Part shown: positions 1 to 12,300 of the stretch, in pieces | Layout: each line of letters starts with the position of its first letter | Numbering within the stretch: position 1 is the stretch's first letter | Assembly: GCA_001179505.1 (NCBI GenBank) | Contig: CDMY01000840.1 | Coordinates: forward strand, 187,191-251,190 | Direction of reading: 5' to 3' | From: Vitrella brassicaformis CCMP3155 | Lineage: Eukaryota > Protista > Chromerida | DNA: 64,000 nucleotides | The notes under the pieces: model-generated | The model's database searches: none | What the model saw: only the letters and a program-made list of their open reading frames with translations | Told to the model about the DNA's origin: nothing | Position numbers and translations under genes: made by a program

Positions 1-1200
1 TTCATGAAGGCCACGCGCGCAGCAGCGGGCACACCAGTGGTGGTCGGCGTGGCGTCTCCAGAGGACTCCTGAGAAGACAATAGATGGAATAGCAGGGGGG
101 GAATCACTGGTAGTCACTGCGTACCAGGTGTCGCTTCGCCTTGTGGAGGATGCCCAGCAGGTGTCTGGTCGCAAGCATGTAGCTGTTGGTGTCGACCTCA
201 ACGCCGACTGTGTGCACACACAACACACGCACACAAACAAGGGGTCACAGATCAATCTCCCTTGGATGGCATCCATGTGTGTGCCGTGCCGTGCCGTGCC
301 GTCTCACTCCTTCACTCCTTCATTCACTCACTCACTCACTCGATGCCGCGATTCTGAAGTGGCTGGCTGCAACGATGTTCGGGATGCCGCGCCCAGAGCC
401 GATGTCCAGCAGCACAGAGTCCTTCAGGATAAGCATAGCAACCAACACACAAGCAACCATGTATCGTCAGTCACGCCACACCATTGCCACTGCCCTGCCC
501 TGCCCTGCCCTGCGACGCTCACCTCGCCCATCTGGAACTCCGTTCTGAGGATCTTGAGCAGGCGGAGCAGACTGCCCTCACTGTTCTCGCCATACATCCC
601 TGAATCAACATGGATGGCACAACAAAATTGCAATGAGTGAGTTAGCCACAAGCAATTGCATGATGCTGGTCTGCGGGGGCTGATACCTTACCTTCGTCAG
701 ACGTCATGATTCTGGACGCTTCCCCACAGAAGAGCTCCTTGTGATCATACAAGGGGGCATCCGGACCGCAATGCAGACTTGGGCCCACACACCCAGCCGC
801 CGGCATCTTGGTGCGGGTGAAACGCCGCAGCAAAGGGGTGTGCACAAGGGTGCTTCTCCAGTGGCTATGAGAGGGACGAACAAAAGGAAGAAAAAGAAGG
901 AAATGAGCTGCAGTTGCCGACAGTGATGGTGGTTCGTGAAGCTCACTTCAGGCAACGTCCGCACGACAGGGACGAACGTCAAATGATGAGTCGAAGAGGG
1001 TTCAGGGTTTGATACCCTGTAACCCTTGTCGACTGCCGCAAGCGCATTGCATATCCACCTGTTTGCTGCATCTGCCCTCTGCGTGCTGCGTGTTGCGTGT
1101 CCGGGTTGCATGTTAGGGTGCGTGTTTCATGTTGGACAGACTGACTACATCCAACGTACGGCAAGAACAAAGCCTTTTCCTCTGCGGTGACGCAGACCAT
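1..1200 (-). CDS. DOT1-like class I SAM-dependent methyltransferase, multi-exon, 3' end runs off the window
   Basis: Spliced minus-strand exons give DSGMYGENSEGSLLRLLKILRTEFQMGE|DSVLLDIGSGRGIPNIVAASHFRIAAS|VGVEVDTNSYMLATRHLLGILHKAKRHL. This has the YGE...D(I/L)GSGxG...GxE motif order of the DOT1 family. The start at 1200 is tentative. Confidence 0.7.
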
Positions 1201-1481
1201 CTCATCGGTCGATCATCTCAATCACATGGGCACCAATAAAGACCAGCAGCAACACGAACACGGCATTCACACACACACACGCCCACCCCACACACAAATC
1301 TAATCACATCGATCACCAGCCGCCCTCACAATAAAATTGCAAAGCCGGAAGGAAACACGCAAAACTTCGGCCGGCCACAGATGCGTGGCCGAATGCTCCA
1401 TCTGTCTGTCTACTCACTAACTCGCCCACTCACATACACCGTCCCCACAATCCATGCAGACTTGCGCACTGTCTGTCTCAC

Positions 1482-3448
1482 TCAGCATGGCGACAGGATG
1501 ACCCGCTCTCCATCGTCGGGCAGCTTGTCCACTAGAGTGCGCCGCAACTTGCCACTAGATATCGAATACTCCAACAGACGATTCTAGTGGACAGCCACGC
1601 ACACACACATGACACACGGCCGTCCAGTGCGTTTGTGATGCGATGGGCGGTGTGCTCTAGATATCGCCTGGCTCCTATTCTGTTGACTCACCGTGGCTTG
1701 TCCGATGACGTAGAGAGAATCGCCGTACGACACCATGCCGGCCGGGTGGCGCAGACTCGGGTCGCTTATCACCTACACACACGATGCACGTGCCGGGCTT
1801 GCCTTTCTGCTTGTATCTCTCCACCCACCCCACCATGCGCCCACACTCAGTGACCTGTATCAGTAGGTGTGTCTGGGCTGAAAACTCATAGAGGGAGTGC
1901 CGCTTGACGCTGCCAATCCACACCGAATCCCTGGGACATACAAACACACTCACATGCCCTCCCTTGTGTGTATGCCACCCATGGCCTGCCCGCCTCACAC
2001 ACCTCAGCAGACCCAACACACCTGTCGAAGCAGTAGAAGACGCTGATGGGTTTCTTGACGGGCAGCCGGCCGAGCAAGGCGCCTTGGTGGTTGTAGAGCA
2101 GCACCCCCAGGTCCTTGTTGGCCACGTACAGCACGCCATACTTGTCAAACGCCACACCACGGATGCGACCTGCACACAGAGAGAAAAAGTGCATGTCTCT
2201 GTCTGCGCGGGAGTGGTGAGTGGGTGTGTTTTCCCTCCTGTGTGCCGTGCCTTTCTTGGCCTTGAACTTGACAAAGGTCCCCGGGTCGAGCTTGCTCTCA
2301 TATTCCTGCACCCATTCAGCCAGCCACGCCACAAACACGACAATGGCATCCATCCACCACCCACATCCCATCGTAGACCCGCACTCACCTTGAGCACCGG
2401 CGCGACGGGCCCCGGCAGGCCGGTCTCCACGTCATAGCGCACCACCTCATGTGAGTTCTGGTTGCTCACGTAGAGATACCCGTCCCACTGGGCGAAGCCG
2501 TATGGGTGCCACAGACCCTCGTTGTGCGCCGACCGCCGGGTCAGCACACGGACGTACTCGCGCTGGCCCTTGCTCTCGGGCTGACATGGACCGTACTCGA
2601 CAATCTTGCTGTCCTGACAGAGAGAGAGAAAAACGACACACACAGTGTGGAGTGCAGACGAGCTGGTGTGCGATTGTCTGAGGCTTACGTACGTATCGGT
2701 ATGCCTCGGCAACAAGCAGATGTCCGTCGCTGAGCATCATCCCCCGTAGCTCCCGCAGCTTGTGCGGCCCCGTCATGAGCACGGTGCCGAGGTTGCACCC
2801 GTCCCTCGCGTAGCGCACCACATTGTGCTCGTCGCCCGTCGACCCGCCGTGGAAGGTCACATACAGGTAAGGCGGGCTGTAGCACCCTCCTGGCGGCCGG
2901 ACGTGCCGCATGCCCTTCCACTGCTTCTTGCTGATCAGCTCACTGTGGAGCTCACTGTGCCCACTGTCACTGCCGAACGATGCTGCTGCCGTGAGATTGC
3001 TCCTTGACCTTGACGCCCGCATGATGCCATTGCCATTGTCATTGTCAGAGGAAGCCTCAGCAGATAAAGGCGGGTTGAGCTGATGCAGCTCCCATGGTTT
3101 GCCATCAGACGGCTGCCAGCGCACAGAGGCCGCCGATGCAGCAACAGGAGGACCGTCATTGTTCCCCATGTGCTGCATCCTGCTGAGGGGGGGACGGAGG
3201 AACGCGATGACGGACGCTGCGATGAGGGTGATGGAGATGAGGGCGGCCGCGATGAGCCGGGAGGGGGATACGGGCTGGTCTGCGGAGGGCAGCAGACGCG
3301 CTAAGGACGAAGATCTCATGAACGACGACATTATTGAGAGAGATCTGCGTCCTGAGAATATATTGAGCTTGCAGGAATCCCGCTCGCGGATTGGACTCAT
3401 TGCAAACGATGCTGGAAGGGACACGCGCGCGCGACTGTGTGCTGGCAT
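1482..3448 (-). CDS. Type II membrane protein with an NHL/beta-propeller-like ectodomain (about 7 exons)
   Basis: One N-terminal TM segment (LIAAALISITLIAASVIAFL), then propeller-like blades: LRELRGMMLSDGHLLVAEAY, LWHPYGFAQWDGYLYVSNQNSHEVVRYD, IRGVAFDKYGVLYVANKD, LRHPAGMVSYGDSLYVIGQ. It ends ERVILSPC* (TGA at 1482-1484). ATG candidates at 3448 and 3400. Confidence 0.7.
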
Positions 3449-3576
3449 GCATTCAATCCATCAAAACTGGTTCTCCGCTGGCAAGTCGGCAGCCTATGTC
3501 CATGCAGTAAGCTACGAGAGCTACCTCTCATCCGTTGATTCCCTTCATCCCTCTGCTATGCTATCACCTTTATCAC

Positions 3577-6445
3577 TCACCTGCTCGTCTTCTTGCCTCC
3601 CTTCCTGCCTCCCCCGCCAGCCCCCGACCCCCTGCCGCCCTCCTCCTTCTTCTCGCCCTCCTTCTCCCCCGTCCAGTACAACACGTACTTGATGTCACTC
3701 CCCTCGCCCCGCTCCTCCTTCTCGCGCTTCGCCCGCTCGATGAAGTCGCTGGCCTCGCTGTCCTTGGGGAACGACTCGCAGCGGCCGTCGGGAAGGCAGA
3801 CGGTGATGGTGTTGTCCGGGAAGCCCGTTATGGGCGCGTCGATGAACGGCCCCTTGCGCATCCCGCGGATGACCGTCTTGCGGTACGTGCTGGCCTCCTG
3901 GGTGGTGGCGTGCGTCTCCAGTTTGCCGAGGTCTCGCTTCATGATCCATGTGGATGGGTGCGACTGGCGGCCGCGCTTGCCCTTGCCCTTGCTCTTGTGG
4001 TGCGGGGGGTGGCCGGCAGCCGATGGGGCGAGGTGCGCCGAACCTGAGACAGGGAGAAGGCAACACACACGGACAAGGGCTGTGTCAGAGAGCTGGCCGT
4101 CTGCCCCCTCTCTCTCGCTCTCTCTTTTTCCGTGCGCACCCGAGGATGAGCCGCCTGCAGCAGCAGCTGCGGCACCACTGGCACTACTGGACGCCCCCAC
4201 CCCCTCCCCCGCCCCCTGCTCCGTCTCGGTGTCGCCGAACAGCTCTGTGTGGATGTCCTGTGTGAGCAGCTCGGGGGCCGGCTTGCCGCCCATGGTGTCC
4301 TCCGATGGGGTGTGGTACTGGTCTGCGAGTGAGGGGTGGCTCAGCACCTCGTCCACTGTGGGGCGAAGCTCGGGGTCCCGGTGCAACATGCCCACCAACT
4401 GGATGACAGACACACACAGACAGCACATGGATGGATGGATGGATGATGAAGTCGTGTCTGTCTGTCTCTGTGTGTGTGCGGGGGGGGGGGGGGGGNNNNN
4501 NNNNNNNNNNNNNNNNNNNNNNNNNNNNNNNNNNNNNNNNNNNNNNNNNNNNNNNNNNNNNNNNNNNNNNNNNNNNNNNNNNNNNNNNNNNNNNNNNNNN
4601 NNNNNNNNNNNNNNNNNNNNNNNNNNNNNNNNNNNNNNNNNNNNNNNNNNNNNNNNNNNNNNNNNNNNNNNNNNNNNNNNNNNNNNNNNNNNNNNNNNNN
4701 NNNNNNNNNNNNNNNNNNNNNNNNNNNNNNNNNNNNNNNNNNNNNNNNNNNNNNNNNNNNNNNNNNNNNNNNNNNNNNNNNNNNNNNNNNNNNNNGGGGG
4801 GGGGGGGGGGGGGGGTTGCCTACAAGTCCTTTGAAGTCTCCCGGCAGGTTCTCTAGCTCCGCCAACTTGGCTACGACAAAGGGCATGTAGTTCTGCACCA
4901 CACACACACACACACACACACACGAAAACGGTGCATCTTTCCTCATCCGCGCACGACAGCGGGCCATGTGATGGCTCACGGTTGTTTCCTTGATCTTGGA
5001 GATGGCCTCCTTCCCAACCACCACCACAAACACACACGCGGCGAGCGAGAAGACATCACACTGAGACAGGGAGGGAGGGAAAACATGTATGACACACCAC
5101 ACAAACAAGTGCCAACACACCCACACCCACACATATATTGGATAGGGTGCATTGCATTCCACCAGCTAAACTGACCGGCTTGGCGCCACAGAAGGGCACG
5201 ATGCGGTCCATCTGCACCAGCTCGCGTGGCGAGTATCTCGAGTCTCCCTCTATGGTACGCTCTACGTCAGCCGGCACCACCCGGCCATAGTCTATCAGCA
5301 CCCACGCCCCGTTCTCGACACGAACGAAGTTGTCTGAGGCAGGGAGGTCACACACACACACACAGACACACAGACAAAGGGATGGATGGACTGCCACCTG
5401 ATCTTGCCTCCCTCCTGGTGCGATGGTGTGTGTAGGGATCTTACCTGGTTTGATGTCTAGGTGTGCCAGGTTGTGTGTGTGCAGGAACTTGATGGCCAGG
5501 GCACCCTGCAACACGATGTTGGGCAACTCCTGCATATATCGGAAAAGGGGGTGTGATGCAGGGTGTGTGTGTGTGTGTGTTTCTCCCTCTCCCACACCCG
5601 CTCCCCCACCCACCGATTCTAGTATTTTCCTGGTGCAGAACTCGTCCATCATGGTGTGGCTGCCCAGCTGCATCTGAACGCAGATCTGAGTGCCGTAGTC
5701 TGCACACACACATACACACCGACACATTAACACAGACAGACAGACAGACAGACAGATGGATGGATGGATGGATGTGTAGGGTTATGATGTCATGTCATGT
5801 CATGTCATGTCGTCTTACTTTCCAGCCAGCACGAGTTGACCTCGAGTATCTGTCGGGGGAGGTCGTCCTTCATGGCCAGCTCGGCGAGGAACTTGCCCTC
5901 ACGCATCATGAACAACGCGTCACGCTCACCTGCATACCCAAAACAAACACACCATCAAAACACCACACCACAATGGATGGCACTTCCCGCCCCGCCCCGC
6001 CCCGCCCACCTTCCAGCTCCCTGGACAGCTTGACGGCGTACGGGTTCTCGCCATATTTGTCCTTCACCCTCTTGACCTCCCCATAGCTGCCCTTGCCTAT
6101 CTCCATCTGACTCCCGAAGTCCTCCTTGCACCGGCTCGGCATCCCATAGTCGTCCACATCGGCGACCTCCTCGCCCAGGATCCCATCATCCATCTCGCCG
6201 CCCATCCCAAAGTCGTCGGCGGTGGCTGCAGACGCCACAGCGGCGGCGGCCGACAGGCGGGATCTGCGGTGCTGCTGGTGGTGCTGCTGGTGCTGGTGGT
6301 GGTGGAATGGGTGATCAACGTCCATCGGGTCATCCTCAGGCTGACGGTCCTCCTCGAAATTGAACTCCGTGTTGACCTGGACCTCTCGGGCGGAACGCCG
6401 AATGCGAAGACGGCTGGGGCTAGGAGGGGTAGGCTCATCCTCCAT
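3577..6445 (-). CDS. Wee1/Myt1-like protein kinase with a C-terminal extra domain
   Basis: Exons give IGKGSYGEV, YAVK, LAHLDIKP|DNFV, LIDYG, IEGDSRYSPRE, CDVFSLA and MLHRDPELRPTVDEVLSHP. HLDIKPDN plus EGDSRY is characteristic of the Wee1/Myt1 family. One intron contains the N gap. Confidence 0.75.
4496..4795. other. Assembly gap (300 N) flanked by poly-G on both sides, inside an intron
   Basis: Run of N with G homopolymers at 4481-4495 and from 4796. Confidence 0.95.
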
Positions 6446-6610
6446 GTCTATCTATCGCCCTTTTCTCCTCCGAAAAGAAAACTGCGAGCCGAGAGATCCC
6501 CGCCCGGACGTCCTGGCCCTTTGGCGAGGAGATCTATCGGTGTTTTCCGGCTTATTGTAGCTTTTGTTGGCGAGATGACGGATAGCAGGATTGCTCGCAA
6601 CAGCAGCGAC

Positions 6611-8935
6611 ATGATGCCCCCTCCCGACCTCCCACTGGGGTATTCGCAGCAGCCCCAGCAGCAGGAGAACAACAACACCCAGGTGGACGAGGCGATGGGT
6701 GGCGGCGGATACGACATGTGCACCCCCATGGGTCATCCCCCCGTGCCACTCAACTGCTACGCCCGCAGGATGGGCCAGTCGGGCTCCGCCATGATGGAGA
6801 AGATGGACCAGAAAAAGTAAGTGTGTGACCTGACCAGCCAGCCAGCCAGGAGAGAGGAGAACGAAGAGACCACACACATCTCATCTGACCACAAACCTCA
6901 TTTCTTATCTGTGTTGTGTTCAGGAAGATTCGTGAGCAGGCACGCAAGAAGGACGCCCGCGGGTTCCTCGAAGCGCCGCCGTTCCTCTTCTCGTCGACGG
7001 GCGGCTTCCGCCCCAACGACAAGCCGCCCTACGACGACGCCACCGTGCCGCGCATCGAGCGGCACTTCCGCTTAGCGGGGTGGGAGCGGTCTGTGCAGGA
7101 GCGGGTGGTGGAGGGCGTTAACTACGTGGACGGGCAGAAATACGCACTGCGCTTCATCGACAAGTTTAAAGGTCAGTGGGACGGGGAGGGTGATGGACGG
7201 GAGGACGAGAGGACGAGAGGGGGCTGGAGGTGTGGTGTGGTGTGGTGTGTGCAGGTAGCGCTGCTGTGAAGGCGTTTGGTGCGTTGGGCAGGGAGGGGAG
7301 TCGGGCGGACTGCCCGTTTGTGATCCGCTTCTTCTCGGCGTGGGGCACTGGTAGGTCGCTCTCTGTCTGTCTGTGTGGGAGGGGAAATGTGCACATGTGT
7401 GGTGTGGGTGTGGCGCGGTGTGGTGCAGAGGACGATAGGTTGGTGCTGCAGTTCGAGCCCTATCTGCCCATCGAGAAGACCAAAGTCGCACACGACAGGA
7501 TGCTTGAGGTGAAATCGACACTCTCATCCATCACACAAACACAACACACCAGCGGACGGACGGCTCGATAGTTAGCTGGATGGATGGATGGCTGTGCCTG
7601 TGTGCCTTGCGTCAGATCTTCCCGCCGATGTTTTACCAGTACCTGCACGCCCTCGTCTTCATCCACTTCCACAGCCACGTCGTAGCCAACATATGCCCAG
7701 GTCACACCACACCACACCACACCACACCACCCTGCACCGCACACCGATCCCCCACCTGTCAATCTGTTCCTTCTTTCCCATCAGCCCACCTCGGCATCGC
7801 CGCGAACCGCCGGGCGTCCATCATCACCGACCTGAGCCAGGCCCGCCACTTGGACTCCGGCAACTCTTCGGTGCAGTTGAGCGAGGAGGAAATGCAGTAC
7901 GCTGATCCCCAGAGGAGCCCGAAGGACGGCTCCATGCGGCTCAGCTTCACACACACAGAGAAGGTGGGCTGATGGCGGGGTGGGCTGATGGTCGGGTGGG
8001 GTGCAGGGTGTTGGTGTGTTGGTGTGTTGGTGTGTTGGTATGTATGTTGGTGTGTGGTGTGGGTGTGTGTGTTGTCAGAGCGACATCTACAGTTTGGGTG
8101 CGAGTGCTTACACCATCATTACGCAGAAGAAGCTGCCGACGGACGCGGATAAGCTCGAGGTCGGTGTGCCAGAGAAGAGAGAGAACACATGAATGAAACA
8201 TCCATCTGCGGCATGTGTGGTTGCGGTTGTTGTGGTGGTCTGTATGTCAGCACGTGCACACGTCTGGCGACATCGAGAAGGACCTCAAGGCAAGCGGCAA
8301 AATCAATGACGCCATCGTAGAGCAGGTGAGCATGACCCCTCACCCCACCCCTCCACACCTGCAGCATGGGCGAATGTAATGGCTGCAGCTGTTGCTGATG
8401 CTGCACCCGACGCCTACGGATCGCCCCTCGGCCGAGGAGGTCCTGTACAAGCTTCGCCCCGACCTCCTCCCCCCCCGCCCCGAGCCCGTCTGCCTGCCAC
8501 CCCAGACAGAGCGATACGTGCAGACGTACTGCAATGACGAAATCTGTGGCGTAGTCAAGACCAAAGGTCAGCACAGCACACAGAATGCAACACAACACAC
8601 AACACAACACACAGATGCCTCTGGACACCCACCTGCTGCTGTCACTCACCTGCATGTGTTCATTCCATTCAGATGAGGCGAGCCCGTCGCACGGCCGCAG
8701 CCAGGCGAGCCAGATGCTGTACGACCTCCCCTGCACCCCGCAGGCCATGCGCGACCTCGCCGCCGAGATCGACCAGGACGTCGCCGACAAGGCACCCGGC
8801 GTCAACCGCGTGGTGGGCGGCGAGCGGGCCCGGCTGTTTGTGCATGAGATGGGGGGCGGGGCGGGGGCGGGGGACGGGGTGGGGGAGCCCGCCCACAAGA
8901 AGGCACACAAGGAGGGCGGCGATGGGCACAACTAG
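6611..8935 (+). CDS. Protein pseudokinase (kinase fold with degenerate catalytic motifs), about 9 exons
   Basis: Spliced product contains KYALRFIDKFK, CPFVIRFFSAW, MFYQYLHALVFIHFHSHVVANICP|AHLG, IITDLSQARHL, HTEK|SDIYSLGASAY and MLHPTPTDRPSAEEVL. Kinase subdomains are in the right order but K, HRD/HLD and DFG are not conserved. Confidence 0.75.
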
Positions 8936-9381
8936 TGATAGAGGGATGGATGTGTGTGAGTGAGTGGGTGAGGGTTCGGACAGGCAGATAGAACGGCTTG
9001 GGACGGGCCAGGACGGGTGACTGACTGATTTGTTGACGACAGTGAGGGAATGGTTTGTTTACCTACCGGCCTATCACATCAACCAAACACACATGCAGCC
9101 ACTGGTGTCACGGCACGGATGGATGTGCTGGCAAAAATACAAAATACGATCGATCTCTGCACCGCGCCACACATCCGGTGGTTTCACATACACACACACA
9201 TACACATACACAAATGGCTCTGCGTCTCTTTCTCACCCACCCACACACACACACACATCATGAGCACCACCGAGTAGAGCAGAGCAACAGCAGGCAGGCC
9301 TCTCTTGCACCAAACCAACAACAGAGCAGAGCAGCGCACCGACAGACGCCAGCAAGTGAAAAAGACACACACGTGCTGGCC

Positions 9382-12300
9382 TTATCTAAGGTAGATGTCG
9401 GCCGTCGACAAGGGTGGCAGATTCGGTGGCCTTCCCACGCCCCTCTCTGCACCACACACATGCATGGCACAACCCACCCATAATGAAAAATGCCGCCATA
9501 CACGTGTTTCTTGCCTTGATACATACCATGTGGCGTAGGCGTCTCTCTCTTGCTGGTTGGTTCATTCCTGCCCGACACTTGGCGCCTGGGTGCCAGTGGC
9601 TGCTGCCGCGGATTGGGAGGGGTGAGGGGGAGGGGCTCCATCGGCTGGGGCGACTGGGCCACCCTGCCTGTGTACACCTGCACGCACACACACAGAGAGA
9701 GAGAGATAGCTAATGCCGGTCAGGCATTCTATTCTCGCACTTTGCTGAAGACTCACTCGTTCGACCTTCATCCTGTCTCTGCTGTTCCGCCGCCTTGGCT
9801 GCTTGCTGCCAAGCCCGTTTGCATTCGCCAGCTGGCCCTGCTGCTGGTTGGGCCGCAAGTATGGCAGATAGGCCTTTCTGCACACACAGAGCCAAATGAA
9901 TGAATGCAGTGTGGTCGATAAACAAATCGACATAGGTCACTTACTGCATCGGCTTGTTCCGATTGGCCCTCTGATCCCTCCCGACGGGCGGCTGGGACAG
10001 CGCGCGATGACCCCCGCCTCCCCTGTCCCCCAAGCTGTCATTGCTGTGCGTCCTCGACTGAGCACCCGACTGCTGTCTCGACACATTTCTGCTCCCCACA
10101 CCGTTAGGCTGTTGCAGCCTCTGCTGGTTGCTACCAGGGGCTGCAGGCGGCCGTCTTCTAAAGCGCTCTGGTGACCCGTCGAAAGCTATACGCGGGCGGG
10201 GGCTTGAGTGGGGTGAGGAGAGCAGCCCGGCATTGGTGGGGCGGTCGGAGACAGACAGGGGGTAGGGGCGGGGGCGGCCGCAGCGGTCTGCATGAACGTC
10301 GCGGAGAGGGGCCTGAGGAGCACCACACAGAGAAGGCGAGACGTCCAGATGTCTTTCTCTTTGCGTGCGTGTCTCCGTCTCTCACCCACCGGTGAGGGCG
10401 TGATGGACCGCTCATCGCCAGAGCAGACAGACTGGTCGGTCTGTCGCCTGACGGGCCCCCTGGTGGTCCGATCGTCCTCCACAGACACGCTCGCGGTGCT
10501 CTCATCATGCTGCTGCTGTTGCTGCTGCTGCTGCACGGGGGGCTGCCGCCGCGCACCCGGGGGCTCCGAGTGCGCCAGCTTGGAGTGACTAGCGATTCGC
10601 TGAAGACCCTTGATCTTACGAGGATCCGGCACTGGCACCTCCTTCAACTGAGACGCAGACACAGAGCCATTAATTAATGCACAGAGATCGATGGATGTGT
10701 CTGGATGAATGGCATGGCCATTCTCACCTCTGAGTTGAGGTATGCCTCGCTCGGGTTTCGCTCCATAGTGGTCTTGGCTTCACGATTGCCGGGCGCCTGG
10801 CTGACCAGCCCCCGGGGGCTGGGCCGCTTGCGAGTGCGCGGAGACGGGACGCCTGTCGTCCACTCGGCGGTGGTCTTGCAGGGCAGGTACGATGGCGGCT
10901 TGGACGCCTCCAGCTTCTGCAGCTGCTCCGAGGACAAGAGGGCCTCTCTCTCCTTGATCATGTTGTCCCGCAGGCGGATTTGCAGACGAAGATTCTCGAT
11001 CTCCAGGTCCCTTTGCTCGAGCACGGAAGCGTTCATGTTGTTGATCTCCTGCAGCTCGATGTTGCCCAGCTCCACCACATGGGCGCGGAATAGCAGCTGG
11101 AGGAAGGCGCGCATGTCGTCGTTCTTGACACGGCGCGGCAGCTCGTTCTGCAGCTTCTGCAGCTGCGCGTAGTTCTGCCTGAGCCGGTCCTCGACCTCGG
11201 CCTTCTTCTGCTGATTGCTGGCGAGGTTCTGGTTGACGTGCCTCATCCGGTCGGTGATCTGTTTGATCTCCTTGGGCGTCTCGTCACCCGCACCGTCTCT
11301 TTTGGCCTCCCACCGGGATATGGCCACCTGCGCGCGGCTCTTCTCGATCTTGTTCTCGGTGAGCAGCCTGTCCAGGTCTATGAGGTTCCGTTTGAGCTGC
11401 AGCTTCTCCTCGAAGTGCTGCATGATCTCCTGCCGCCACATCTCGGACTCAACCTGCTCCATCCGCTCGTCATGCGCACCAGCGCCGATGGGGCCGTCCA
11501 GGGCAAACGAATGAGGCTGCTGACGTGGCACATAAGGGAAAAGGGCGACATCGGTCGGTCATCCTTCATCTCATCTGTGTGTGGTTAGCGATCTTACGTT
11601 TTCCCTCTGTGAGCTGAGTTTGGCCTTTAGCTCGGTGATCTCTGTGCGCAGCTCCTCAATGATCTTCTGGTACTTGGCAACGTGGAAGTCGACCTTCAGC
11701 ACATTGCGCGTCACCTTTGTCTTGATATTCTTCGCTCTGATAGATAGATGGACGAGACACAGACAGACAGACGGACACACAGGTGGACGGAGGCCTGAGT
11801 GAGTCGAGTCGCCAGCGCCAGTCGAGCTCGGCTTGCCTGTTGGCGTATTTGAGCGTGTTGTGTGTGTCCTCAAACTGGATATGGCTGGGGCTGATGTTTG
11901 CTATCATCACCGTCCGGCAGTTGCCGCCGAGGGAGTCTTTCAGCAATCTTGTGAGTTTGCTGTCCCGGTAGGGGATGAATGTCCCCTTGCCGTGCTTGGA
12001 CCGGTCCGCCAGGGCGTTGATGACGTTACCAAGCGCCAGCAGAGAGCGGTTGATGTTGGCCCCCTCGATCATTCGGATGCCGCGATTGTTGGTCTGAGAG
12101 GCTCGTTCGCTGCCCGCCAGGTCTATCATGCTCAGCTTGCCAACATGGAACCTGCAAAAGGCACCCAAAGCCGATACATACAGCACACTCAATGCTCGTT
12201 GTGCCATCCATGCTCACTTGGCCTGCACGCCTTGGCCCTTCTCCTTCTCTTGCACTGTCACTTGCAGCACTGCATGTGACCGGGAACTGGTCTGGTTGGC

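Noticed and set aside
995-1025. Telomere-like GGGTTCAGGGTTT near the window start
   Set aside because: It lies within a predicted coding exon (VSNPEP) of the methyltransferase and has only two units.
3577-5162. Long ORFs (486, 413, 273 aa) spanning the N run
   Set aside because: Artefacts of translating through the assembly gap and introns; only the spliced kinase exons are credible.
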